From the IMG/VR virus record IMGVR_UViG_3300024350_000252, positions 174,048 through 238,047 of that record: a stretch of 64,000 bases of DNA, one strand, 5' to 3'. The position numbers were made by a program, and so were the translations under genes. Of the stretch, positions 57,362 through 64,000 are shown one piece after another. Positions within the stretch are counted from its first letter, which is position 1. Each line of letters opens with the position of its first letter. The notes beneath the pieces were generated by a model. The model ran no database searches, was not told where the DNA came from, and saw only the letters and a program-made list of their open reading frames with translations.

Positions 57362-58165
57362 ATGCAACTAAATCCGTGTTATTTATATCCAAATAAGATA
57401 GACGTTTACACAAATCTCGAGTCCTGGACTGACAGGAGGCAACGTAAAGTGTATCAAAGAACATTCAAAACTTACCGCGGTTGTGATAATAGATTAGACC
57501 TTCAGGTTAGAAACGGTGATGAAAAACCTAGAAACATTTCAGGGTACACCGCCGTCTTCAATATAGTAGTTATCGACAGTAACGAATTGATTTTACAAAA
57601 AGACTGTGAAATATTAGACGCTACTACAGGTAAGATTTATGTTCGTATCACTGAAACAGAAATGCTAACTCTGACGCAGGGTTCATATCTATTTTCTGTA
57701 TATCTACAAGATGCCAACGGTGTTAAGACTCCTTTATACGGTGATAGCCAATATGGTGCTATAGGTAGATTAGAAGTAGTAGCAGACATGGTAGGTGGTC
57801 CTGTTGCTAGCCAAACTATCAACACTTTCAGTTATCTAGGTCCCGACATACACGGCGATCCTACAGATGTTTACTTCAGCGAAATAGTAGATGCCAAACC
57901 GCAATTCAATAATAACTCCGGACTACACACTTTCGCATTTTATATGACTAACTATTCGGGTGTCGTAACTATACAGGGCACTTTAGAAAATTCTGATAAC
58001 ATATTCGATTGGTGTGACGTTGAAACTATCAACTTCAATGATAGCGGTATCGCTTATGCCAATATCACAGGTATATGGAGCCGTCTAAGAATCAAACATA
58101 TGCCTACACTAGATAGGTTCGGAAATCCTTTAGGGACTATTGACAAAGTATTGTACAGATATTAA
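57362..58165 (+). CDS. Virion protein with BppU-N-like Ig domain
   Basis: LDLQVRNGD.KP.NISGYTAVF..TGKIYVRIT..GSYLFSV pattern; GATAAATA at 57333-57340. Confidence 0.5.
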   Translation: MQLNPCYLYPNKIDVYTNLESWTDRRQRKVYQRTFKTYRGCDNRLDLQVRNGDEKPRNISGYTAVFNIVVIDSNELILQKDCEILDATTGKIYVRITETEMLTLTQGSYLFSVYLQDANGVKTPLYGDSQYGAIGRLEVVADMVGGPVASQTINTFSYLGPDIHGDPTDVYFSEIVDAKPQFNNNSGLHTFAFYMTNYSGVVTIQGTLENSDNIFDWCDVETINFNDSGIAYANITGIWSRLRIKHMPTLDRFGNPLGTIDKVLYRY

Positions 58166-58168
58166 AAT
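58140..58168 (+). promoter_or_regulatory. Sigma70-type promoter for the primase, 6 nt before the ATG
   Basis: TTGACA-17 nt-TAAAAT-gtacta-ATG; no SD. Confidence 0.75.
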
Positions 58169-58174
58169 GTACTA

Positions 58175-59203
58175 ATGAGTCAGGTAGTCGAACTATTTAG
58201 AAAACACTTACCACCTAGAGCTAAACGTACACCCAGCGGCTGGATGAGCTTTAATGCTGTCTGTTGCCATAATAGAGGTGAAAGCCATGATGATCGCAAA
58301 AGAGGTGGGGTGTTATTCAGCGAAGGTTTTACCTATCACTGTTTTAACTGCGGATTCTCAGCTAGTTGGAAACCAGGCAGACCTGTAAGCCAAAAACTAA
58401 GAAATCTAATGACATGGTTGGGTGCTCCCGACGATGATATCAACAAAATGGTCTTTGAAGCCATGAAGACCGAAGCACCTGACTACACGCCCGAAGCACA
58501 TCCTATATTTGCTCGTTTTCCGGAGAAGCAGTTACCTGAAGGCAGCATGACTATCAGCGATTGGATAGAAGCAGAAGTAGATGACGCAGAAGTACAGGAA
58601 AAACTAGCACAGGTAGTAGACTATCTTATACAGCGTGGGTTCGATCCATTAGACAAAAACTTCTGGTGGAGTCCGGCAGATGGATTCAAAGATCGACTGG
58701 TCATACCTTTCTTGTATGACAGTAAAACTGTAGGCTATACAGCACGTAAAGTCACTAATGGTAAGCCCAAATATCTATCAGACCAAAGTCCTCATTTTGT
58801 TTTCAATATCGATTCAGTCACTGAAGATCAGAGATATGTATTTGTATGTGAAGGACCGTTTGACGCACTCAGTCTAGGCGGCATAGCATTACTACACAAC
58901 GAAATCAGTGATGAGCAAGCAAGGCTGATCAACAAGCTGAACAAGACTGTGATAGTGGTGCCTGATCAAGATGAGCCTGGTTTAAAGTTAATCGCTGATG
59001 CTGAAAAGAATGGCTACCATGTGGCATTTCCTAACTGGGAACAGGGCATAAAAGATGCTGCCGACGCTGTGGAAAAATATGGCTCTATTTTCGTCATTAC
59101 AGACGCTATCAATACCGCAGTAGCGGGTAGTGTCAAGATACAGCTATATAAGAAGAAATTAGAAAAACAGCTGAAAAATCCTACGCTACAGGGGTCGCTA
59201 TGA
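58175..59203 (+). CDS. gp61: DNA primase (Zn ribbon plus TOPRIM), T4 gp61-like
   Basis: FNAVCCH..YHCFNCG; RLVIPF..GYTAR..PKYL; VCEGPFDAL; VPDQDEPG; KDAADA. Confidence 0.9.
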   Translation: MSQVVELFRKHLPPRAKRTPSGWMSFNAVCCHNRGESHDDRKRGGVLFSEGFTYHCFNCGFSASWKPGRPVSQKLRNLMTWLGAPDDDINKMVFEAMKTEAPDYTPEAHPIFARFPEKQLPEGSMTISDWIEAEVDDAEVQEKLAQVVDYLIQRGFDPLDKNFWWSPADGFKDRLVIPFLYDSKTVGYTARKVTNGKPKYLSDQSPHFVFNIDSVTEDQRYVFVCEGPFDALSLGGIALLHNEISDEQARLINKLNKTVIVVPDQDEPGLKLIADAEKNGYHVAFPNWEQGIKDAADAVEKYGSIFVITDAINTAVAGSVKIQLYKKKLEKQLKNPTLQGSL

Positions 59204-59249
59204 CGGTTTTTTCAGCATCAAAATAAAATATGGCATTCTAGGAGAGTAT

Positions 59250-59342
59250 ATGTTTAGACTGTTTAAAAAGATCGCTGACTGGTATAAGTGGAGGAAACGG
59301 ATCAAAGAACTGCGCAAGCGTGATCCGTTTATCTACAAATGA
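59250..59342 (+). CDS. 30-aa basic peptide MFRLFKKIADWYKWRKRIKELRKRDPFIYK (below the ORF-track cutoff)
   Basis: SD AGGAGAG; stop overlaps the next start (ATGA); the ELRKRDPFIYK ending is one I recall from small T4-like phage ORFs. Confidence 0.75.
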   Translation: MFRLFKKIADWYKWRKRIKELRKRDPFIYK

Positions 59343-60301
59343 TCTATTGGGGCATAAACGCACTAAATCATGGCAGCAGTATCGCTGTAGTGGGCGGTGC
59401 TAAAAATCTCACATTGATCACAGATCAAAACGATAGGCTCAGCAGCAGCATGGTCACAGAAGCGATCAATGCCAGCCACTATCGAGGACCCGAGCGTATA
59501 TTTTGGTATGAACGCCCCTGGGTCAAAAAGTTCCGTCAATTGTACGCAGGACAGTATAAAGAATTCTGGGATCGGTCTGTGCTGCCTAGGCGCCATGTCA
59601 ATGATCTAAACATACGCTATGCTCCTATCACATACACACCGCATCATGCCAGCCATGCGGCCGCAGGCTATTACACATCACCATTCAATCACTGTGCTGT
59701 GGTAGTACTAGATGCTATAGGTGAATTTGAATGCGCCAGTATCTGGGAAGGTCGGCATGGCGAATTGACCAAACTATGGAGCAAGAGCTATCCCAACAGT
59801 TTGGGTCTATTTTATTCTGCGTTCACTGAACTGTTGGGCATGAAACCCATACGTGATGAATATCTACTACAGCAGTTGAGTGAGCAGGGCAACAGATACA
59901 AGCACAGTCATCTGATCGAAAGTTACTTTGACAACAGCCTTTCTGACCCTATAGAAGCTCGTGTGAACTTCCATCTAGGTGTGCCTGATTGGCCTTTTGA
60001 AATACGTGAATCAGATCGAGCAGACATAGCTGCTGGCGTACAGGAAGTGTTTGAAAACCAAGTGATGGATGTCATGCTGCTGGCCAAACGACTGACCAAG
60101 GCAGACTGTCTAGTCTATATGGGCGGCTGTGCTTTCAACAGCTTGGCCAACCAACGTGTGGTAGAACCTCTGTTTCCCTATCGTTGGAGCACACCTAATC
60201 CGGGCGATGCTTACAGCAGCCTAGGTGCTGTGCTTTACCATACTAAACATAGAGTGATACTGGAAAAACCTCTTGTAAAACATCTAGAGGTCAGTGTATA
60301 A
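59339..60301 (+). CDS. Carbamoyltransferase, N-terminal (Kae1-like) domain only
   Basis: HHASHAAAGYY, VVLDAIGE, SLGLFYSAFT..LG, MGGCAFNS.AN, PGDAYSSLGA; ends before the YrdC-like domain. Confidence 0.85.
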   Translation: MIYWGINALNHGSSIAVVGGAKNLTLITDQNDRLSSSMVTEAINASHYRGPERIFWYERPWVKKFRQLYAGQYKEFWDRSVLPRRHVNDLNIRYAPITYTPHHASHAAAGYYTSPFNHCAVVVLDAIGEFECASIWEGRHGELTKLWSKSYPNSLGLFYSAFTELLGMKPIRDEYLLQQLSEQGNRYKHSHLIESYFDNSLSDPIEARVNFHLGVPDWPFEIRESDRADIAAGVQEVFENQVMDVMLLAKRLTKADCLVYMGGCAFNSLANQRVVEPLFPYRWSTPNPGDAYSSLGAVLYHTKHRVILEKPLVKHLEVSV

Positions 60302-60308
60302 TAATATT

Positions 60309-61736
60309 ATGATTAAGAATTACGATTACGATGTACAAAAACTATATCTAGAGATCATGCTCACAGACGCAGAGACTTTCGTGCGTTGCCAGGGCATATT
60401 TGACGCTAGCCTGTTTGATAGACGTTTACAGGAACCAGCAGAGTTTATTAAAACCTATACAGAACAGTATTCTGTGCTGCCAGATGCTGCCATGGTCAAT
60501 GCGGCCTGTAAGACAGAACTGGCACCTGTAGCAGATCTCAAAGATGGACACATAGATTGGTTCATGGATGACTTTGAACAGTTTATACGACACAAGAGCC
60601 TAGAACGTGCCATAATCAAATCCGCGGATCTGCTGGAAAAGAATGACTATGGTGCTGTGGAAGTCATGATCAAAGAAGCTGTACAGATCGGTCTTGCTCG
60701 CGACATGGGCACTGACTATTTCGCAGATCCCCGTGCTCGACTGATGGGACTCAAAGACAAGAATGGACAGGTCAGTACAGGTTGGAGCAGCCTAGATCGC
60801 AAACTGTTTGGCGGCATGAATCGCGGAGAGCTGAATATCTTCGCAGGTGGTTCAGGCGCAGGCAAAAGTCTGTTCCTAGCCAACTTGGGCGTGAACTGGG
60901 CCTTGAACGGCTTGAATGTGGTTTATCTAACGCTGGAACTTTCAGAAGCATTGGTCAGTATGCGCATCGATAGTATGCTGACAGGCATCACTACCAAAGA
61001 GATCTTCAAGCAGATCGATGACGTGGAAATGAAAGTGCGTATCATAGGCAAGAAATCCGGGCGTTTCCAAGTCAAGTACATGCCCTCAGGCAAGACTGCC
61101 AATGACATACGTGCTTATCTAAAAGAGTATGAAATACAAATGGGCCAGAAAGTGGATGTGCTACTGGTAGACTATCTGGATCTGCTCATGCCCATTTCCA
61201 AGAAGATCTCGCCCGCAGATCTCTTTATCAAGGACAAGTTTGTCAGTGAAGAACTGCGTAACTTGGCCATGGAAAAGCAGTGCGTGTTCGTCACAGCCGC
61301 ACAGTTGAATCGGGGTGCTGTAGAAGAAGTAGAGTTTGATCACAGCCATATTTCAGGTGGACTTAGCAAGATACAGACAGCAGATAACGTGTTTGGTATC
61401 TTTACGTCACGTGCCATGCGTGAGCGTGGACGCTATCAGATACAGCTGATGAAGACTCGTTCGTCTAGCGGTGTTGGACAGAAGCTGGATCTAGAGTTTG
61501 ACATAGACACTCTGCGCATCAGTGACCTGCCCGAAGATCAGCAGACTGCGGATAACAGTCCCAGAACTGGCAGCATCATACAGCAGATCAAGAGCCGAGG
61601 CAGCACAGTGGTCGATGAGGACGGTGTAGTCACAGAAGATCCCACCCGAGGCGCAGAAGTGGGCCGTAGCCGTGCCATAGTGGAAAGTACCAAGTTGAGG
61701 CAGTTTATCAACGGACTGACAGAAGATGAAGCATGA
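60309..61736 (+). CDS. gp41: Replicative DnaB-like helicase
   Basis: STGWSSLD..GG..GELNIFAGGSGAGKS, YLTLEL, LLVDYLDL, SEELRNLA, TAAQLNR, QLMKTR; ATG at 60309 preferred over GTG at 60294. Confidence 0.95.
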   Translation: MIKNYDYDVQKLYLEIMLTDAETFVRCQGIFDASLFDRRLQEPAEFIKTYTEQYSVLPDAAMVNAACKTELAPVADLKDGHIDWFMDDFEQFIRHKSLERAIIKSADLLEKNDYGAVEVMIKEAVQIGLARDMGTDYFADPRARLMGLKDKNGQVSTGWSSLDRKLFGGMNRGELNIFAGGSGAGKSLFLANLGVNWALNGLNVVYLTLELSEALVSMRIDSMLTGITTKEIFKQIDDVEMKVRIIGKKSGRFQVKYMPSGKTANDIRAYLKEYEIQMGQKVDVLLVDYLDLLMPISKKISPADLFIKDKFVSEELRNLAMEKQCVFVTAAQLNRGAVEEVEFDHSHISGGLSKIQTADNVFGIFTSRAMRERGRYQIQLMKTRSSSGVGQKLDLEFDIDTLRISDLPEDQQTADNSPRTGSIIQQIKSRGSTVVDEDGVVTEDPTRGAEVGRSRAIVESTKLRQFINGLTEDEA

Positions 61737-61956
61737 TCGTGTGGAACTGTTTTCTTGGTATCAACAGCAGACAGATACCATAGACGTGCCCTGGGACAGG
61801 GTAGAACAGGCCCTGGGCGATCGCTGGCAGTGGCTACAGCAGCAGCCCCGTCATACCTGCCAAGTCATGGTGGAAAACACACTGGAACAGTATCGTTTGG
61901 TAGCGGAATTTTATCAGGATCAAAAGCTAGCTGAGTATCACTGCTGTTTCGCATAA
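61726..61956 (+). CDS. Hypothetical protein (76 aa)
   Basis: Overlaps the helicase stop; Gln/Trp-rich. Confidence 0.55.
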   Translation: MKHDRVELFSWYQQQTDTIDVPWDRVEQALGDRWQWLQQQPRHTCQVMVENTLEQYRLVAEFYQDQKLAEYHCCFA

Positions 61957-61964
61957 ATATACTC

Positions 61965-62345
61965 ATGAGAGCACATGAATTTATCACTGAAGCTGTACGC
62001 GGCCGTGTACCCCAGGATCTCGTGGACAAAAGCCAGGGTTCTGTCAAACTGACACGCGACACGGGCGGCTACGATCGAGCTTATCATATGAATCGACTGA
62101 TGATGGCCATGGCCATGTCAGATGGGGGTCGAGGCCCTGTGGACATGGACGCAGCTTCATGGTACGAAAAATACAACATCATGTTTCCCTACACAGATCT
62201 AGAAGCTGCCATGGTCAATCAGGCTATCGCTACCATACCCACAGATACCAAGGGCGTGATCGCCCGAGGTAAATCAGTGGAAAATCCCGGCACTAACAAG
62301 ACCAGTCCAGTGGCCCAACAGAAAAAGAATCGTTACGGAGTATAA
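61965..62345 (+). CDS. Hypothetical protein, probable head-internal protein
   Basis: N-terminal MRAHEFITE; CATAAATA 5 nt before the ATG. Confidence 0.7.
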   Translation: MRAHEFITEAVRGRVPQDLVDKSQGSVKLTRDTGGYDRAYHMNRLMMAMAMSDGGRGPVDMDAASWYEKYNIMFPYTDLEAAMVNQAIATIPTDTKGVIARGKSVENPGTNKTSPVAQQKKNRYGV

Positions 62346-62346
62346 C

Positions 62347-63036
62347 ATGTGGTTGAGAGAAGTCACGCCCGCAGCAGCAGAAGTACAGATACATCGCGAG
62401 CTAAATCCCCGTCTGTGGGAAAACGGCTATCTCAAAACTGACGTAGCAGAACGGCTGCTGAAAATAGCTCGTGCTTTCGAAGAGTTCGTGGGCGTGGATT
62501 TTTCAGTCAAAGACATCACACTGACGGGATCTAACGCAGGCTACACATATACAGCACACTCTGATCTAGATCTACATCTCATAGTGGAAGGTCCTTTCAC
62601 AGAAGCTCAAGCAGAACTGTACAAGGCCAAGCGACAGGTATGGCAGCAGGAGCATGATCTAGCCATAGAAGGATCGCCTGTAGAATGTTATATACAGGAC
62701 AGCAGAGAACCTCACTACAGCCAAGGACAGTATTCGATCATAAACCGTCGTTGGATACGACAGCCCTCAAAGACACGCCCCAGCTTAGATGATGCTGCTA
62801 TAGATGCTAAAACTCGTGACTTTGCCATGATAGCACTACAGGTATTACAGTCAGGTGACAGAGAGCTACTAAAGAAGTACAGAGAACGGTTAAGCAAACT
62901 GCGCAGAGCAGGACTGGCTCGTGCTGGCGAATGGAGCACAGAAAACTATGTGTTCAAGAATCTACGCAAGCTGGGCATCATCGATCAAATCGGCGAACGA
63001 GAACGCGAACTGCTGGATCAAGAGTTGAGCAACTAG
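62347..63036 (+). CDS. Pol-beta superfamily nucleotidyltransferase
   Basis: TLTGSNAGYTY..SDLDLHL (hGS..DxD) and VECYIQ; C-terminal helical domain. Confidence 0.85.
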   Translation: MWLREVTPAAAEVQIHRELNPRLWENGYLKTDVAERLLKIARAFEEFVGVDFSVKDITLTGSNAGYTYTAHSDLDLHLIVEGPFTEAQAELYKAKRQVWQQEHDLAIEGSPVECYIQDSREPHYSQGQYSIINRRWIRQPSKTRPSLDDAAIDAKTRDFAMIALQVLQSGDRELLKKYRERLSKLRRAGLARAGEWSTENYVFKNLRKLGIIDQIGERERELLDQELSN

Positions 63037-63081
63037 CGCGAAGCGCGGCGCGGTTTTTTTGCTAAGACTGCGCGAAGCGCA
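63036..63081. repeat. Two copies of GCGCGAAGCGC (GAA-loop mini-hairpins)
   Basis: Copies at 63036-63046 and 63070-63080 (the second extends to TGCGC-GAA-GCGCA); T7 run at 63054-63060 between them. Confidence 0.85.
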
Positions 63082-63160
63082 CAGCGGTAGCGATCAAACG
63101 GTAAGCAAGATCTTGCGTCCCTTGGCAGCAACAGTCATTCACAGTAATTAACACAGTCGC

Positions 63161-63379
63161 TTACAGCGGGCGATCTAATCGATCATGCCGTTTCTTGGCG
63201 GCGACCAAACGACGATAAAAGTCATTGAGTCTTATGCGATCGTATTGGAATACTTGTGCTAGATAGCTGGTCATGAAACCACGTGCCCATTGGCTGTGTA
63301 ATAGTTCGTTATCAGGATAGGGACTGGCTGCTAGCAGCAGTTTTTCTAGATAGTCACGTGTTTCTCGAAGATCGCTCAT
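63161..63379 (-). CDS. Hypothetical protein (72 aa)
   Basis: Helical coding-like sequence; minus-strand GTAAATA upstream. Confidence 0.6.
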   Translation of the reverse strand: MSDLRETRDYLEKLLLAASPYPDNELLHSQWARGFMTSYLAQVFQYDRIRLNDFYRRLVAAKKRHDRLDRPL

Positions 63380-63386
63380 GGTATAA

Positions 63387-63401
63387 TATTTACGGTAAAT
63401 A
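63387..63401. promoter_or_regulatory. Palindromic bidirectional late promoter
   Basis: TATTTAC-G-GTAAATA between divergent genes. Confidence 0.65.
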
Positions 63402-63430
63402 CTGTCTAGATGTGATATCTAGGAGTAACT

Positions 63431-63616
63431 ATGACAGAAACACACAAGAGAACTATAGCAAGAGCTGTATGCTGGCGTATTGTAGCTACAGCGATCACAG
63501 CAGCATATACAGGTATCGGTGGCGCTATAATCATTAACATTTGGATGACCCTAGCGCATTACATACATGAACGCTTATGGTTACGAGTCAATTGGGGTAG
63601 GCGACAAGAGCTTTAA
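63431..63616 (+). CDS. DUF2061-like small membrane protein
   Basis: ETHKRTIARAVCWR..T..HYIHERLW..NWG; SD AGGAG. Confidence 0.8.
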   Translation: MTETHKRTIARAVCWRIVATAITAAYTGIGGAIIINIWMTLAHYIHERLWLRVNWGRRQEL

Positions 63617-63629
63617 TAGCTCTTTTTTT
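63606..63629 (+). terminator. Probable terminator
   Basis: AAGAGCT-ttaat-AGCTCTT-TTTTT. Confidence 0.7.
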
Positions 63630-63812
63630 ATGGCATCCGAAAAGGGTCCTACAGGGTAAAAAATCGCCCGCGTAAAAAATTATAGGGAAGTACTTGAATT
63701 TTCATGATGGTGATTTGCTACCCCTGCCTGTTGTATTTTTGCAACACACGCATACGCTACTAGCCCCCCACCCCCCTGATGGTGGCCGACTGTTGCCGAC
63801 CACCTGCTGACC

Positions 63813-63998
63813 TCACATGCTCCAGAACAGTTCTGTGCTAGGATCGCAGCTACGGGGAGTGTCACGTGCTATCCTGACCCACTCACCGGTCATCAGGTTC
63901 CGGACCAGCTTGGTATCAGATCCCTCTAGCTCGTTCTCAGCAGCAGTGTAGATAGCATAGATGTGATCGCGTATCTCAGCCTGCGTGGCCTTGCTCAA
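63813..63998 (-). CDS. Small phage protein, probably 5'-truncated by the window edge
   Basis: C-terminal VRNLMTG..RI.RDTP.SCDPS.E.FWSM, a motif I recall from small phage ORFs; the frame runs off the window. Confidence 0.7.
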   Translation of the reverse strand: MSKATQAEIRDHIYAIYTAAENELEGSDTKLVRNLMTGEWVRIARDTPRSCDPSTELFWSM

Positions 63999-64000
63999 GC

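Noticed and set aside
59200-59241. Tiny ORFs MTVFSASK and MAF after the primase as regulatory uORFs
   Set aside because: Too short to distinguish from chance; no supporting structure.
37583-61736. Inteins or group I introns in terminase, UvsX, UvsW, primase or helicase
   Set aside because: All are of normal length with contiguous motifs.
63680-63865. 61-aa minus ORF, and the 84-aa plus ORF at 63283-63537
   Set aside because: Each overlaps a better-supported gene in another frame and runs through low-complexity or regulatory sequence.
1-64000. Stop-codon reassignment (TAG or TGA read-through)
   Set aside because: Long genes are intact in code 11; TAA, TGA and occasionally TAG (23278, 63036) all end genes at sensible positions.
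1-64000. tRNA genes, CRISPR arrays, integrase/att sites
   Set aside because: No intergenic gap shows a cloverleaf or spaced direct repeats; no recombinase seen. A tRNAscan/Infernal run would be the definitive check.
1-64000. Apparent abundance of CTAG/GATC and CTA/ATA/AGA codons as a sign of DNA modification
   Set aside because: A spot count in the first 600 nt (4 GATC, 2 CTAG, about 2 expected each) is not convincing; it needs a Markov-corrected k-mer analysis.

Overview
The whole window is one segment of a large T4-like (contractile-tailed, lytic-type) dsDNA phage genome in the standard genetic code. I found no host genes, tRNAs, CRISPR array, integrase, intron or intein. Layout: (1-21964) giant tail-fibre/virion proteins, with an embedded module of three ~33-Cys/Gly-rich paralogues, a chaperone-like gene, a GT9-like glycosyltransferase and a NodU/CmcH carbamoyltransferase; (22004-24523) ADP-heptose genes hldE-cupin-hldD; (25162-40842) neck, tail terminator, dNMP kinase, sheath, tube, head completion, terminase and probable head-internal proteins; (41478-44507) gp32-uvsX-uvsY; (44539-51305) an 8-gene glycosylation island; (51379-61736) uvsW, clamp-loader-like gene, a 194-aa minimal DnaE-like protein, primase, a Kae1-domain-only carbamoyltransferase and gp41 helicase; (61726-64000) a nucleotidyltransferase and a GC-rich junction with GCGAAGC mini-hairpins and a G6TG6 tract where an opposite-strand arm converges. 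Strongest unusual signals: a candidate late virion-tailoring system (Cys-rich adhesins plus heptose/glycosyl/carbamoyl transfer); 12 genes with a TAAATA-type late promoter exactly 5 nt before the ATG (apparently leaderless); the mini-DnaE keeping all three catalytic Asp; an unannotated start-less +1-frame ORF overlapping a secreted microprotein; and phycobiliprotein-like CxRD repeats in two giant virion proteins. All family calls come from motif recognition by eye, with no database search, and counts are hand counts.
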